Source: Octopus vulgaris (taxonomy: Eukaryota). From it: 64,000 bases of DNA. The notes beneath the pieces are model-generated. The model searched no databases and had not been told where the DNA came from. It saw nothing but the letters and a program-made list of their open reading frames with translations. Position numbers and translations under genes: made by a program. Each line of letters opens with the position of its first letter. Position 1 is the stretch's first letter. Positions 24,844-38,660 of the stretch are shown here, one piece after another. The DNA lies in contig OX597825.1 in the NCBI GenBank assembly GCA_951406725.2, positions 46,686,001 through 46,750,000 on the forward strand, written 5' to 3'.

Positions 24844-27370
24844 TGTTATCTCCAACGATAAGTCTACTATATTACTATTTGTCGGAAGTGAGCCACTTCC
24901 GGTTTGCATCTGGCATCGAGGTTGTTTTGTTTCCAGAAAAAGGGGTGAGGTCCCTTTTTGTGTCCATCTATATCTCAGAAAACCCACTGTCATCGCTGAA
25001 TGTTCTTCTCTGGTTATTTCATGTTACTGCGAACATGGTTTTGTACCATTGCTGCTTCCAGAATGATGAACTGACAAAGTTTTTGTAAGATAATTTTAAT
25101 ATATCTAGTTGTTTTCCTTACATTAACCTGAGACATATAATGAGGCATAGATAATTGTATATCCATAGGTGAAAGTGTTTCAGTGTATGTATCATTTTTT
25201 CCTCACTCGGTTCTTTTCACCCACGTGTGTATCAGTTATAATAAACATGTTAAATGTATTTTGCAATCAAACTTTGTCACAAGAAAGCTGTATATCAGGA
25301 AGTCAAATATCAGTAAAACCCTGTTCAAATAATTTTTATCTTAGTTTGTCTTATTTTGTAGTTTTCTTATTTTGTAGTCTACCATACACTTGCGATACAT
25401 TTGTATATACACGCAGTACACCTGCATGATGTTATGTACGAGAAGAAAATAAATGGCTCCAAAAAATGAAAACCAATGTTTGTCTTTGTTATCGCGGTGG
25501 TGATTGTGACCCCACTTGCCTAGATTTCTACATGAAGCAGCAACAGTAGAAAAAATTTTGCATAAGACTCCCAAGTCATTGAAAAGCAGTTGAAAAGTAA
25601 AGTTGGTGTAGCAATGACCAATCACCGGTTAAAAAGGTTAGTCGTCAAGTCATATCTAACTTTGTTACTATGTCACCCCCTGTAGTTACAAATGACATAC
25701 ATAAATTATGGAAATTGGAAAACGAGGGGATTAATGAAGTTGGTTGGTCACAAGATGATCATTCAGTGATTGAATTATGGGATACATTATAAATGAAACC
25801 AAACAGTTCCAGATATTTATAGAAAATAAAGTTAGTCTTATCAGAGAAGGGTCACAACCTGATCAGTGGCATTATGTATCAAGCAGAAACAATCCTGTGT
25901 ACATTGTTAGTCAAGATCTGGTGTTTAGCAGGTTAGATAGCAAGTTTGGTTCGTGGACCCACCTTCTTGAGGCAACACAAAACTAATGAATGGCAACCAT
26001 ACAAGAATATTGGGGAATTGTTATTGGGTGAGATGGAGATCAGAAAAAACCCAATTAGGATGTGCAATACTCTTCAGGTAGGTAGTATGAATCCTACAGA
26101 TGAGCAAAAATATGTGTTGAAGAAATCCAGCATGCATAGTTGCCTCTGATCATGAGAGCTCAGCAAATACATTATGAAGATGAATTAGATAGATTATTGA
26201 GAAAAAATGTATCAGCAAATCCAGTCCCTCAGGTCACTCCACCCGTTTCTGGATGATGCTAGTATTCTCAGGGTAGGTGGTAGATTGGTTGAGTCTACAG
26301 CTGAAATCAAGAATCTGGTTATAGTGTCAGGTAAACATGTCATTACTGAGTGTATTGCTGCTCATTTTCACAGAAAAGCTCATGTAGGGAGAGAATGAAC
26401 TTTATGACTTATCAGACAGCATTATTGGATTACAGGTGACAGATCTGTTGTCAAGAAAGTTATCTGTTCATGTGTTGTTTGTAGGAAGTTATTTGCCAAA
26501 CCAGCTTCTCAAATTATGGTAAATCTACCCAGGGAGAAAGTTGAATCAGATAAACCTCCATTTACATACATTGGTGTAGATGTCTTTGGACATTTCATGG
26601 TCAAAGTCAACCGTTCAGAAGTAGAGCATTATGGTTGTATGTTCACATATCTTGTGACTAGAGCAGTACATATTGAGATGTTACATAGTTTAGACACCAA
26701 ATCTTTCATCAATTGTTTTCGCACATTTATATCTAGAAGGGGTCACCCAGAGAAGGTTTACTCAGACAATGGTACAAACTTTGTTGGGGCTACAGCTAAG
26801 TTAAAAAGGGGTTTACAGGAGTTATCTTAAACCGATATCCAAGCTTATGCATTGAATTGAAACATAGATTGGCTTTTTAACCCACCAGCAGCTTCTCATA
26901 TGGTGGGGAGCTGATGTCAGGAGAAAACACTCCAAGGAATTTATGGTCTATGGCAGTAGTACAGGAGGTAGTGAAAGAAAGAGACGGACATGTTAGATCT
27001 GTTAAGTTGAAAACTAAGTCTAGTCAATTAGAGTGACTGATTACCAGAATTATTTTACTTGAGGGTGCTGGTGAGTATCTGAGTAAATAGTTGTACTGTT
27101 GCAGTGTGTCTGTTATCTGTAGAGTCAATATTTATATTTCTTTTGCATTGTTCAGAAAATACCCCATGGTTTATGGAGGTGGAGTGTTATCTCCAATGAT
27201 AAGTCTACTGTATTACTATTTAGTATTAGTTTTCACAACTTGTCGGAAGTGAGTCACTTCCAGTTTGTATCTGGGATTGAGATTGTTTTGTTTTCAGAAA
27301 AAGGGATGAGGTCCCTTCTTGTGTCCATCTATATCTCAGAAAATCCACTGTCATTGCTGAATGTTCTTCA
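24844..27370 (+). mobile_element. Internally deleted BEL/Pao LTR retrotransposon
   Basis: LTR starts tgttatctccaa at 24844 and 27185 (about 180 bp shared; 3' LTR truncated), with a purine tract before 27185. RNase H end QWHYVSSRNNP; integrase PFTYIGVDVFG..TRAVHIE..FISRRG..YSDNGTNFVGA. Confidence 0.85.
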
Positions 27371-29514
27371 TTGAAGAGTTGTGACATTTTTATAACCTAG
27401 TTAGAGTTCCTGTAGAATTATGTGTAAGTACACTTATGCTAATGCTTTCATTCTTTCCCAAATTATCCTACTTTGTTATGCTCCCTTCTCTTCAAGTTCA
27501 AAACAAGTAAGTCCTAGTTACATAATATTTCAGTAGTTCTTATTCAGTTTTTGCAAAGTAATGGTTTATTGACTTTTGCACTTCATCTACTTACACAATC
27601 AGAAATACTAAGAAGACTTTTCCCTCTAATCTTCCATTTCATCTATAAATGGCTTTAGATTAAGTGCTCCATGTGAGCTAGAGTTTTTCTCATTTTCTGT
27701 CTGATGCATCTATTTCTTCTTTACATCTAATTCACAATTCCAGAACAGTAATGCATGATGGCCACTCCCCATGTCATAATCACATTTATTAAATTGCTTG
27801 AATTTAGTTTGGACTTCAATACTAGCTGTATATATTTCAGATATATTATTTCCACTTGTTCTTTATTTCCTTATGCATAAACTCATAAAGTTTCAGTATG
27901 TCTAGATACTTCTAACCGTTGCAATCAAGTTTTAAAATCCCTTCTTCAGATAGGACTATTCCATTAAAATGTGGCAGGTTTGTGCCTCAAGCTGGACCTG
28001 GTTTCATTTTTTCACCAAGAATCTAGTAAACAGCAAAACGGTATTTTTCAAATTGAGTGATAATGTCATGAAAATTCTAAATAATGATACCCAACAATCA
28101 CTAGCGTAATTAGAGAGTGTGCTACCTGGAGTGGTCTTTCAGTTTGCCACCCCTGGTCCTCCACAAAACATACATATTACCTACAGCAGACCCAAAAGTG
28201 GTGCTACCCCTATAAAAGCACTGCCAGGAGCAGACTGCCCCCACTGTCCCTCCCCCTCTAACTACATGAGTGCCAAAAATTGGGCATCAAATTCTTTGAA
28301 TGACAACAGCAAAAACTTGACCAATGATTTCCTTTATAAACAAGTAGGAATTCTTGGAATCTGGTTAAAACAGATTTGGTGATTAAGTTGTGCAGTAGGT
28401 AGCAAGCTCATTCTTGTTAATCTGTCTGGAAGATAACATGCTATTGACAAGTAAAAGCTTTTAGAAGTTGATAGAGTTGTGAGCAATAAAGTATGACTAA
28501 ATAAAATTCTTTTTGTAGCTGATACTATCTCCAGAAGGCTGACAGAACTTCTATCATGTGAATAATTTTGGCTGATTCTGTTTTAACAAACCTGACTACC
28601 AGCAAAATATGAACACTACTCTAACTAACCACACAGAAAAATCCCTCCATGATTTTGCTAAACAAACCTTGTTTTTCTATTCTTTCTTCTTTTTGCGCAA
28701 CAGGACCGATATATGGTTTTTCTTCCTAAAGTAACAATAAATATATGATAAAGAACTGACTTCAACTCATTCTATCAACTCTGGCCCAAAAATGTTTACT
28801 CTTCCTTCTGTCCATGGCTAAAGTCATGCATTTTGATATACCAAATTCCATTCCTTTTTTTTATTTTCAGAACTGAATTTTTGTTGTTTTCAAATATCTT
28901 TAAGTCATTCATGATGAGAGAGGATACATTTCTCACCTACACCAGACATTCTAATTGACTCCATGATCCATGATTGGTGTATCATCATGTAATCCTTTTT
29001 GAAGTTGACCCACACCACACACAAGTTTGTCTGTCTTGGTATGAAATTCTTTATTGTTCTTTGCCAATTACAAGATGGTGTTTGGTGCATTTTGAGTATT
29101 TTCTGCACCACTTCTATTCAATAGGTAATAATTTGTTCTGTATCAAATGATTACTTGCGTTGCTCATAAAAAATACCCATTAGTAATTTCCATAACAGTT
29201 TGAGATAGGAGATTAGCCAATAGATCTTTTGTTTTTTCATCAACCAATCACCTTGGTGCACATTTGTTAAGATGATTTCAAGTTTCACTATTTCAGGTGT
29301 TTCACTGTAAATCTTTAAATCCCTACCATCATGGGGCTAATTTATTTATTAGTATCTTATGTTTATTTATATGTTTTCTGCTTCATTTAGTTCCATTTTA
29401 ACCATTTCAATTTATTCTGTGTTTTCAGTACATGTAATCCAGCATTCCTTACTTCCTGTTCAAAATTCTGTTGCTTACCACACCATATTTGGTGTTGATA
29501 TTTTAATTGTATAT

Positions 29515-29720
29515 CACTGGGCTAAATGCTTAGCAACATTTCATCTGTCTTTACGTTCTGAGTTCAAATTCTGCCATGGTTGATTTAGTGTTTCACCCTT
29601 CCAGGGTTGATAAAATAAGTACCAGCTTAACACTGGTGTAATCAATTGAACATTGATGTAATTGACTTATCCCTTTTACTGAAATTACTGGCCTTGTGCT
29701 AAAATTTGAAATTAATATTT
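29515..29720 (+). mobile_element. 5'-truncated SINE of the 24600 family with a different tail
   Basis: cgttctgagttcaaattctgcc...gttgataaaataagtaccag...ggccttgtgctaaaatttgaa. Confidence 0.7.
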
Positions 29721-29728
29721 CTATTGTA

Positions 29729-31007
29729 CAGGGTGTCTAAGATTTACCCATGTTTAAAACTCTTCCTAAGGAATATTGGTTCAGGTAATATTATCTACAT
29801 TTTATATAATGATTTGGATATGTCTTTTGTTCATGCGTCTATTGTTTTGTTCATCTATAACAGGTTTGTAAACAAACAAGGCATCAAAAGCAAAATGTGA
29901 CCAGATTATTACTTTGGAAATAGCTGAAATGAGCAACAAGGGCATAGCAAAATAATTGAATGTGTGCCATAAAATAGTTTTCAACACCTGGAAATGATAT
30001 ATAGAGTCTTCTACTACCTCTAGTAAGCTAATTCCTGTTAGGAAACAATCAATTCACACCAAGCAAACTTTTGTGGCTGTGAAGAAGTGAATGAACCAAA
30101 ATCCCTGCAGGAGTACAAGAAAAACTGTAAAAGTTCTTGATATTTCGAAATCGTCAATGCACAGGACTATTAAAGAGGATTTAAAGCTAACTGCATACAA
30201 GAAACAATCCTGGTAGTTAATTTCAGCAGGTTCCAAAAAGAAACAGCTTGACAGGTGTAAAACTAAGTTAGCTGAGATTAAGTACACTGCTATCAAAGTG
30301 TTGATCTGGTCCATTGAGAAGATCTTCACTGTGGAGGCAGTTACCAACAAGTAACTTTATGCACATAATACTGGAGATTTTTCTAAAGGTAGCAGGAGTC
30401 ATTTATGCCATCAGAAGCCAATTTCACTCATGGTGTGAGTTGCAGTTGCATCTGATGGGTCCAGGCCTCTCTTGATCTTCACCATTACTGGCATCAAGAT
30501 CAGCAGTGAAGTTTATGTGGAAATGTTGGATGAGAAAGTGTTGCCATAGGTCACAGAAACCTTTTATGACCATTGCATTTTCACTCAAGATGGGGCTCTG
30601 ACCTATATATCTAATTTGGCACAGCAGTGGTGCAAAAAACATTTCAGTAGTTTTTGAGACAAGATGATAAGGTTTCCATTAAGTCCAGACCCTAATCCCA
30701 TAGATATTGCTATCTGGTTCATCTTAAAGAGTAATGTTTCTGCTTGCCCCTATTCAAATGTGCCAGATCTGATAAAAGCCCTTTTGTCTTCATGGGTCAA
30801 ATCGGATTAAGAGGTGGTACAATTAAGAGGTGACCATTAGTTTACAGGCTATGATGATCAAGGCAAAAAGTGGTCATTTTGAAATGTAATTACTGCAATG
30901 GATTGACAATTTACATTAGAATGTTTTTGCTAAATTTCATTATCCCAACTTTAGCTTATTTTGAATAGTTAAGAAATATCAATGGGTAAATCTTTTTGGG
31001 ACACTTC
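29729..31007 (+). mobile_element. Tc1/mariner-superfamily DD37D (maT) transposon, decayed
   Basis: TIRs cagggtgtctaagatttaccca / tgggtaaatctttttgggacac. Transposase remnant IWSIEKIFTV...FTQDGA..SPDPNPID with 37 codons between the 2nd and 3rd D; in-frame stops. Confidence 0.85.
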
Positions 31008-31063
31008 AAACATTGTGTTAAAACTGTGTAATACAAAAAGTCTGTTATGCTTAAATTGAGTTG

Positions 31064-31066
<3 letters not shown>

Positions 31067-31098
<32 letters not shown>

Positions 31099-31192
31099 TC
31101 CCTCTCCCTCTCTCTCTCTCTCTCTCCCTCTCCCTCTCCCTCTCTCTCTCTCTCTCCCTCTCTCTTTCTCTCTCTCTCTCTCTCTCCTCTCT
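31067..31192. repeat. (CT)n/(CCCTCT)n microsatellite
   Basis: Read directly. Confidence 0.95.
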
Positions 31193-31764
31193 GATAGGTT
31201 GTGTTATTCTTTGCTCCGCAGTGAAAGATTGTTTTTGTGCTGAAAAGTTTGAAAATTTGCTGATTTGATCGTCGAGGCCACTTCTTTTATGCTGTTGCAG
31301 CAGAGTTCTGCTGTTATTTCCCTCTTGTTTCAAGGGGGAAGCGACGAAAAACATGAATTTGCCACCAATCTCCTCCGAGTCGGAGGAAAACATTGAAAAT
31401 TTGTTTGAAGGCATGAAGGCGAAAATGTGGGAGGAGGAAGGTAAAAGTAAAGAGACGTCTCACGTGCTTGTTACAAAAGCAGACAACAATTTTTTCAACA
31501 TAGCAGTTGTCATGACTAGTGATTGGTATATAAATAAACCAAGAATAGACAAAGGAATGAAGTAGTCAACTATATTTCACTGACAAATAATAACTGCAGT
31601 GACAAATAGCTCTACTAGGGGAACAAAATATGCTGGGATGTTAAAATACATGCCATGATCTATGCAGTACAAAGAAGTACATAGACATAATAATAATAAT
31701 AATAATAATAATAATTGTGTACAGTGCTCAGGTGCACTACAACTCATCTAAAGTGTATATATAA

Positions 31765-34529
31765 TCAGGTGAAGTTTCGGCGGATTTCGGAAAGAATGAG
31801 GGCCTTAAAAGATGCAGTGTCATGGCAGTCAACAACTGACGCAGGCAGTTTATTCCATGCTTCAGCAACTCTGAGCGTGAAAAAATGTTTCCGAAAGTCA
31901 TGGGAGCTGTATTGTTTTCTGACTTTGTAGGCATGTCCACGTGTGTTAGACACATGGAGATCAAAAAGGTGTTCAGTGTTGTTGTTGGTGAGGTGGTTGA
32001 TAACTTTGTGGGTGTTTACCAAGTCCGTCGCCAAACGCCGGAGCTTCAGTGAATCCATGCCCAGGGAAACAAGGCGCTCAGAATATGGTAGGTGTCTGAT
32101 GGAGGGTATGCGTTTGGTTGCACGTCTCTGGACAGATTCCAGGAGGTCAATGTTCTGTGCAAGATAGGGGTTCCAAACTGATGATGCGAATTCCAAGTGT
32201 GGTCGTACCATAGCTGTATACAGTTTTAAATAGATGGCTGGAGAGCGGCTAACAAAAGACCTGCTGAGTGATGCCAAGACACCCTCGGCCTTCCTGACAA
32301 TCTTAGAGATATGCTTTGACCAACGCAAATCACTGCTGACAGTGATGCCTAGGTCACGCTCGCAAGAGGATTTCTTGATATCAGTGTTGTGGAGGGAGTA
32401 TGTGAACGCAGGGTTTTTTCTCCCAAAATGCATGGTGGTACACTTGTCCACAGCCAGTTTCAGTTGCCAGTCTGTGATCCATTGCTGCATTGTGTCTAGG
32501 TCTGATTGCAGGAAAGAGTTGTAGACATCAGGATCTGTCCTCTTGATTTTAAGGTACAGCTTGATGTCGTCTGCATATTTCAATACTGTGGCATTCCTTA
32601 AATTGGCATCTATGTCGTTAATGTATGCCACAAACAAGAGGGGGCCAAGGACAGATCCCTGTGGTACACCCGATGACATCTCATATGGTGTAGAGTGCTG
32701 TCCTAGAACTGTGACTACCTCCTTTCGGCTGAGGATGAAGGATTTCAACCAGTTAAAAAGGTCATCCCCACACCCATTGCAGAGAGTTTCACCATAAGCC
32801 TTTTGTGTGGCACAGAGTTGAAAGCCTTAGCAAAGTCAAGGTAGACAACATCCACCCATGAGCCACTGTCAGTAATCTGAGTAATGTCCTCAAGGAACTC
32901 GACAAGCTGGTCACTGCAGCTGGAGTTAGGGACAAATCCATATTGTGATGGTCGGATGAGACTGTGAGAGCTCCAGAAGTTCCAGAGTGTTTCTCTGACA
33001 CACGATTCCATCAGTTTTGCAATACAGCTAGTGAGACTGACTGGGCGATAGTTGACAGGTGATGTGCGGTCGCCCTTTTTGAACAGAGGAATGACACTGG
33101 CAGTTTTCCACTGCTCCGGAGTAGCACCATTGTTGAGACAGTACTGGAAGAAAATAGAAAGCTGGTGTAAAAGGAAGTGCCTGCCACGTTTGAGAAGCAG
33201 GTATGTAACTCCATCGAGACCAGGGGAGGCATAGTTGCGCTTATTTTGAAGGTGACGTCGCAGCATTGCAGGTGTAAATTCCATAGTTGTTATGGAGTTT
33301 GCTGTTAGTGATGGTGAAGATGGTACATTTTGACTTTCAACAGTGAATATGTTTGCATAGCACTCGGCAATGAGTTCTGCGCATTCCTTGGGGTCGTCAG
33401 TGATCTGGTTTGTGTGAGGGTTGTGAAGAGGGCCCACTGGAGAGTGAGGTCTCTGCTTTGAGTGCACATATTTCCAGAAAACCTTGCTGTCAGGATTGGC
33501 TGCTATGCACTGTTCAAATTCAAGCACTGCTTTTTTTGTCACTTGCTTGAGATGGTTGGAGGATTTATTCCGCTTCTTCCTGTTGGTGTCTGATTTATGC
33601 AACCTGTATTCCCGTTCAGCAGTCCGACGTTCCCTCCTGGCAAGTTGGACCGCTGAAGTTTCCCAAATTGCCCTTTTGGGGCGGTTCTTCTTTTTTTGTT
33701 TACGTGGCACTGATGCTGCACATGCTGCCCATATTGAGTCCAGGATACTCTGGAGTATAGTATTCACATCTCCAGAGTTGTAGAATTCACGCCAGTTTGG
33801 GTGCTGTAGTTCAGTGTGGTACAGGTTCCAATCTGCTCTCTTCCAGTCGAAGGAAGCAGATTGGAGATGGTTCAGGTTTTTGTTGCCCGCAAGAGCCAGA
33901 TTGGCGATGATCATAGCATGATCAGAGTCACCTAGAGGTTCCTCCGTAGTGCAATTGATAACCGCTTCAGGAGTTGTGGTGAAGAGCAGGTCCAAGGTGT
34001 TGTCGCCTCTTGTTGGAGAGGTGACTACTTGTGACCAGTTTGAGTCCAGCACAAGCTCAACAAAATCGTTTGCACTCTGTGGCCAATGGAAGGTCTCCCA
34101 ATCGATCTCAGGATGATTGAAATCGCCTGCAATAAACACATAAGTGGCTGTTTTCCTGGCAGCAGCTCGGAGGACATTGCAAAGCTGTGTGTCCCGATGG
34201 TAACTTGGGGGACGATAAACAACGCCAAGCAGGAGTGTTGACATGGTCATACGCACGTCACAGAAAAAAACTTCTTCTTGTGATTCGTTCAAATCGGCAC
34301 AAGGAATTACCAAAAAATTTGAACGAACGTAGACCATCACACCACCACCACGGCGGTTAGTGCGGTCCTTACGGAAGAGGTTGTACCCCGTAATGTTGAA
34401 AACCCCATCACAGAGTAAGGAATGCGCCCATGTTTCCGTGACAGTGATGAAGTCAGGGTCAACACTTCTGACGTAGGCGTTGAACAAATGTATTTTGTTG
34501 CATAAACTGCGAGCATTTAAGGACAACAA
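31765..34529 (-). pseudogene. CR1 ORF2 (endonuclease-RT) with one frameshift near 32760
   Basis: LNARS, VTETW, GDFNHP, LDL, SDH (EN); NYRPVSLTS, YLDFAKAF, SGVPQGSVLGP, YADD (RT); RGHAYK..FFTLRV..WNKLP (CR1 C-terminus). Confidence 0.9.
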
Positions 34530-34585
34530 TTTGTACCCTGCTCGCAGTTTATGATGGTGTGTAGAGGATGGCAGGTTGTTCTGGC

Positions 34586-35772
34586 TTAGTTTCCCTGAGT
34601 TGCTGTAGTTTTTTTAGTTATTGTGGGTAGAGAGCACTCAGACCAGCTGGTATCTCTCTTCCACGTTTCAGCAGTCTTGACAAATCTCCAGATTTGTCCA
34701 TCTTCCCGAAGACTGAAGCTTTCCTGTAGAGCTGAGTTCCTATTCAGGGAAGCCACTACACGTAGCTTTGGGCGTACATCGGACGGTAAGCCTGGGCGTG
34801 TTCGGAAGGTGGTCCGATTTTCCCGCCCAGCTTTAACTGAGGCCAGATGGTAAGAGGTTGCCTCAGTGGGGTCCGTAAAAGACAACTTGATGAGCCTAGG
34901 TTTTGGGCCAGGTCGTCCAAGGCGGATAGCACCCGTTGGGGGAACGCAGCCTAGGTCTTTGGCTGAGTTGGCAGCAAAAGCCTGAAGATTAGCCATGTCT
35001 TCTGGCACCCCAATGGCAATGACTTCATGGGTGGCAGAATCCGCGGTCTTAAATGCGACAAGAGGTACAGGTACAGGGAGGTTCTTTAGCAGAGCATTCC
35101 GATAAGACCCCTCATTGTGGAGTCCAACCTGAATGGTTGCTTTTATTCCTGCTACTTCCCCTTTTAAAGCACAGATCGATTGTTGCAGTTCTGCAAGAAC
35201 CGCACTGGTCAATTGGTGTTGTTGTTGTTGCTGCTGTTGCTCTGGTTGTGGTTGATTTTGTTGTTGCTGTTGTTGTTGTTGATGTTGTTGCTGCTGCTCT
35301 GGTTGTGGTTGATTTTGTTGTTGCTGCTGCTCTAGTTGTTGCTGCTGCTGTTGTTGTTGCTGTTGTTGTTGCTGCTGCTCTGGTTGTGGTTGATTTTGTT
35401 GTTGCTGCTGTTGCTGTTCCGCCTCCTCCACGGGAGTGGCAGGGGGAGACACAATCGTCGGTTGTGGAGGCACGCAGGCCTGACACTGAAAAGTCCAAGA
35501 TTTAAGCTGAACCATCTTCCAGAGTCTATCCATCATAGCATTATGATGGCTCTTTTTTGGCCTGGGATCTTCTGAAAGTCCGTGGCACATTGGAGGCAGA
35601 CAGAGATGAGACATGTCCCACATTCGACCCAGCGATTACGGAACGTATTTTCGGGTTCCGTACAGATGTGGCAGGTGTGATTTTCTGGGCAGTGTTCTAT
35701 TTTAGAGCAGCGACCAGTCTTATCGCACGCCGCTATGGATTTCACCATGGCGATTCTGTTGGTTCTGGTCAT
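34586..35772 (-). pseudogene. CR1 ORF1 with PHD-like finger, polyQ and coiled coil; one frameshift near 35540
   Basis: CHIC..WVECGTC..VCLQC (35533-35772 frame) completed by WTFQCQAC in the next frame; polyQ/NQPQPE repeats; RLGRPGPKPRLIKL typical of CR1 ORF1. Confidence 0.75.
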
Positions 35773-37008
35773 CCGTAGAGACAGAAAATGTAAACAACAA
35801 TACGATAAAAGTAAAATATAAAATATTTGTTTTTGATTCGTTCTTTTTTGTGTATATTCCTTGTTCTTAAATATTGCGTGTGTATATACACATGTTTCGT
35901 TCTTTTTTGTGTATATTCCTTTTTTTCTTAAATATTGCGTGTGTATACATAAAAGTATTTGTGCGTATAGACACGGAGAAAGTTTGTAAACAGAAATGAA
36001 ATTTTTGATTTTTTTGCAGTGTAGTCCGTCACATTAAATAGTGTGATTTATTTTCACTCTACACGTATATACATGTGTGCTACAAGTATCTATGTATGTA
36101 TGTATGTCACTGCTTTATAAATTTTGGACGTACTTACTGTCGTTCAACGATTTCTTTTACCCTCAACTACACGTGGTGAATTCTTCCATTGTAGATCTGT
36201 GGTGGTCATCATATATCTTCACAAATTAAAGTTAAGGTATATAACACATACATCCTCTCATCTTTGCTATATGGGAGTGAGGCATGGGTTGTTTACCAGA
36301 GGCATGTAAGGCATTAACTGGAATTATGCTACATAGGTAGCATAATCTTATCTCATCTAGATAAGATAACTTTCTTTATTGATGACTCAACCAGTAGTTG
36401 GTACTATTCATGTGAATTAAGTAAATAAGAACAATGAGCATCAAATATACTACATTTTAATTTTCTTATGTTTACCACAAGTTTTCACACAGTTGTAAAA
36501 GTTTCAGTTACTGTTCAACTAAATAAGCTTACAAATAACATATTAAGTCAATGTTATGCTTTACTTTTAATATTTTGTCATTATTACAGTATTTATATAG
36601 ATTATTTACATTCCTAATACAAATATTTTATAGTCAGCTTTGCTTTTACCCTTCTGGGATTGATAATATATTCATCAAGAGCTGAGGTCAATTAATTAAC
36701 TGTTTCCCTCCTTGAATATGAGCTACATAAAAACCAATATTTTGTCATTCATATTTAGAATAATGTTGTGAAAAGAAAATATTTGGTTATGCATTTTTAA
36801 ACCTATAAATTTGGTAATTTACTTATCATCAAACACTCAATATTTTCATTATCTGAATTCTTTTCTAAGTTTTTTTGATAAGCATGCGCAATAAATATAA
36901 GAAGGTCAACAACAATCAATTCTATTTTTGATTTATATCTTGGCTACTACAGTTCGTAAAGCACATAAAATCATCCAAGATTTGTCACTGTTTCTCAGAT
37001 ACAGAAAC

Positions 37009-37154
37009 ATGAATATTCCAAGTAAAATAGGAATTGCTGTAGCTTTAATAGCAATTCATTGGTATTATTTTAATGTTTGTTGTTATAAAAATTTACCAAA
37101 GATCATGGGAGGATATGCTGATACTCAATTCAAGCTTGTAGAAGATACATTTAG
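37009..37154 (+). CDS. Beta-lactamase domain-containing serine hydrolase, coding exon 1
   Basis: ATG 37009: MNIPSKIGIAVALIAIHWYYF (hydrophobic leader)...GGYADTQFKLVEDTF; donor AG|gtaggt, phase 2. An acceptor tttctcag at 36998 suggests an upstream non-coding exon. Confidence 0.85.
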
Positions 37155-37694
37155 GTAGGTGACCAATAAATATAAAAGTCGTAAATCTCTCAGTTACTTG
37201 AAGGGAATTTTTGTTTGCCATAGTAATTGTTTATAATTCTTATCATGATAAATATGCTATCTTTTGCAAATGATTTATTTACCATGTATGGGTTAAATTT
37301 TAAATTTGTCAAAATTTCATGTTTTCTTTCTTCAGTTTGAGAACTGAGCAATCTTTTTTGGTTGAGTAAATCATCATATGTAATGTAGAATAAGATGTAT
37401 GTTTCTACCACAACTGATCCAATGAATCAAGCTGTAACTGTAGCCTGCAAAGATGTCTGGATGAAGTTCTTGTAGTAACAAAGAGGATGATCTAAGGGAA
37501 GACATACTAAAATCAAGGACTACAGAAAATTGCATTCTTGGTAACCCTCATTTCCTGGATCAGACATTTTCAACCATCAAAGTCGTAGCATGTTCAAATT
37601 GCTATTCTTTTTGCCCTGAAGTATTTGCTACACTAACGTTCTTCCTTCATTCTTTTACATGTTTCAGCCAAAAGGCTGCAACCATTATATTAAC

Positions 37695-38118
37695 TTTTGG
37701 GTACTTTTTGGTTATCTCACCCCTATTAAAAAAATTGCCATTAAAAGATTGAGTTTATTTGGCAACATGAGATTGGATTAAAAGAGTTAGATCCTTTTGA
37801 TTCAGTATTTCAACACATTGTTGACGTTTGGCCTCCTCAATAGGCATGGTATGATTTGTTATAAAAATGTTATCAGATTCAGTAAGATGTTTAATTTTTT
37901 CCTTTTCACGTTTATTAATCTTTGCAGTTTTGTATGATTTGTTATAAAAATATTATCAGATTCAATAAGATGTTTTATCTTTCCACTTTTCATGTTTATT
38001 AATTTTTTTCATTTGTTTTGTTTGTTTTATTGAGGGTTAAACTATTTTTTTAGTTGAGGGAGATGACCAAAAGTACCAATTTTCTTGTAAAATGGGGGAG
38101 ATAACCAAAGAGTACCAA
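37695..38118. mobile_element. Degenerate MITE with an internal tandem duplication of about 70 bp
   Basis: ggtactttttggttatctcacccc vs ggggagataaccaaagagtacc; 37849-37920 is repeated at 37933-38003. Confidence 0.5.
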
Positions 38119-38660
38119 CTATTGTTTCACTATCAAATATTTAAAATCACATTCCTAGAAATATTTTCACACAGTTGCCATCTTCTCACAACAGCAGACA
38201 TGAACTCTTTCTATGAGGAGAAACATGAATAACATTCTGTATTGAGAATATGGCAATCTAGACATATGCAATAGTATGAAAACAATCACTAAACATATCA
38301 AGAAAACACATTTAAAACACTATTGCTGTCTCTACTGATGAACAATTTACAACTACAGATTTCATTTTCTGTACTAGTGCTATCCCATAAGTTGGGTTTT
38401 ATATTAAGAGTTTCACCTCTGAGAAGTTATTGATAAATCAAAATTTCACACCATATCAGAAAACTGATATTAACCACAATCACTAATGACATTAGCAATA
38501 ACAATGCAGTGTTAACAATAACAGACTTTTGAAATGTGAATAAATAAATAAACAGGACCAAATATACACCACATATGCAAGTAAATTATAAACAATAAAC
38601 TAAAGTATAATTTATAAAAGACATTGTTAAAACTTGTGTGTATTTCCATACATGAAGTAA

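Larger units (their letters stand above)
24175..29330 (-). mobile_element. Heavily decayed R4/Dong-like non-LTR retrotransposon, interrupted by BEL and SINE
   Basis: Minus-strand remnants: LLWKLLMGI..NKLLPIE.KWCRK and WVNFKKDYMMIHQSWI (RT, about 28950-29230); KYLDIL..LKSKLN..TWGVA..HGALN (about 27640-27920); VISITVRAF..QKSTFLGTAHILKKIF* (endonuclease C-terminus, about 24190-24400). Confidence 0.65.
31688..35800 (-). mobile_element. Near full-length CR1-clade LINE
   Basis: ORF1 plus ORF2 (APE endonuclease and RT), short 3'UTR and (TTA)n tail at 31688-31714. GC-rich relative to the flanks. Confidence 0.92.

Noticed and set aside
31200-31441. Possible upstream coding exon of the hydrolase gene (MNLPPISS...EEE, donor-like gtaaaa)
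   Set aside because: Splicing to the 36999 acceptor gives a stop after three codons and is out of frame with the ATG at 37009; there is no other support.
35053-35575. Poly-V/A, poly-T and poly-L ORFs
   Set aside because: Alternative frames of the CR1 ORF1 polyQ tract.
36120-36320. Candidate promoter or non-coding first exon (CACGTG, donor-like sites)
   Set aside because: Plausible, but boundaries cannot be fixed from sequence alone.
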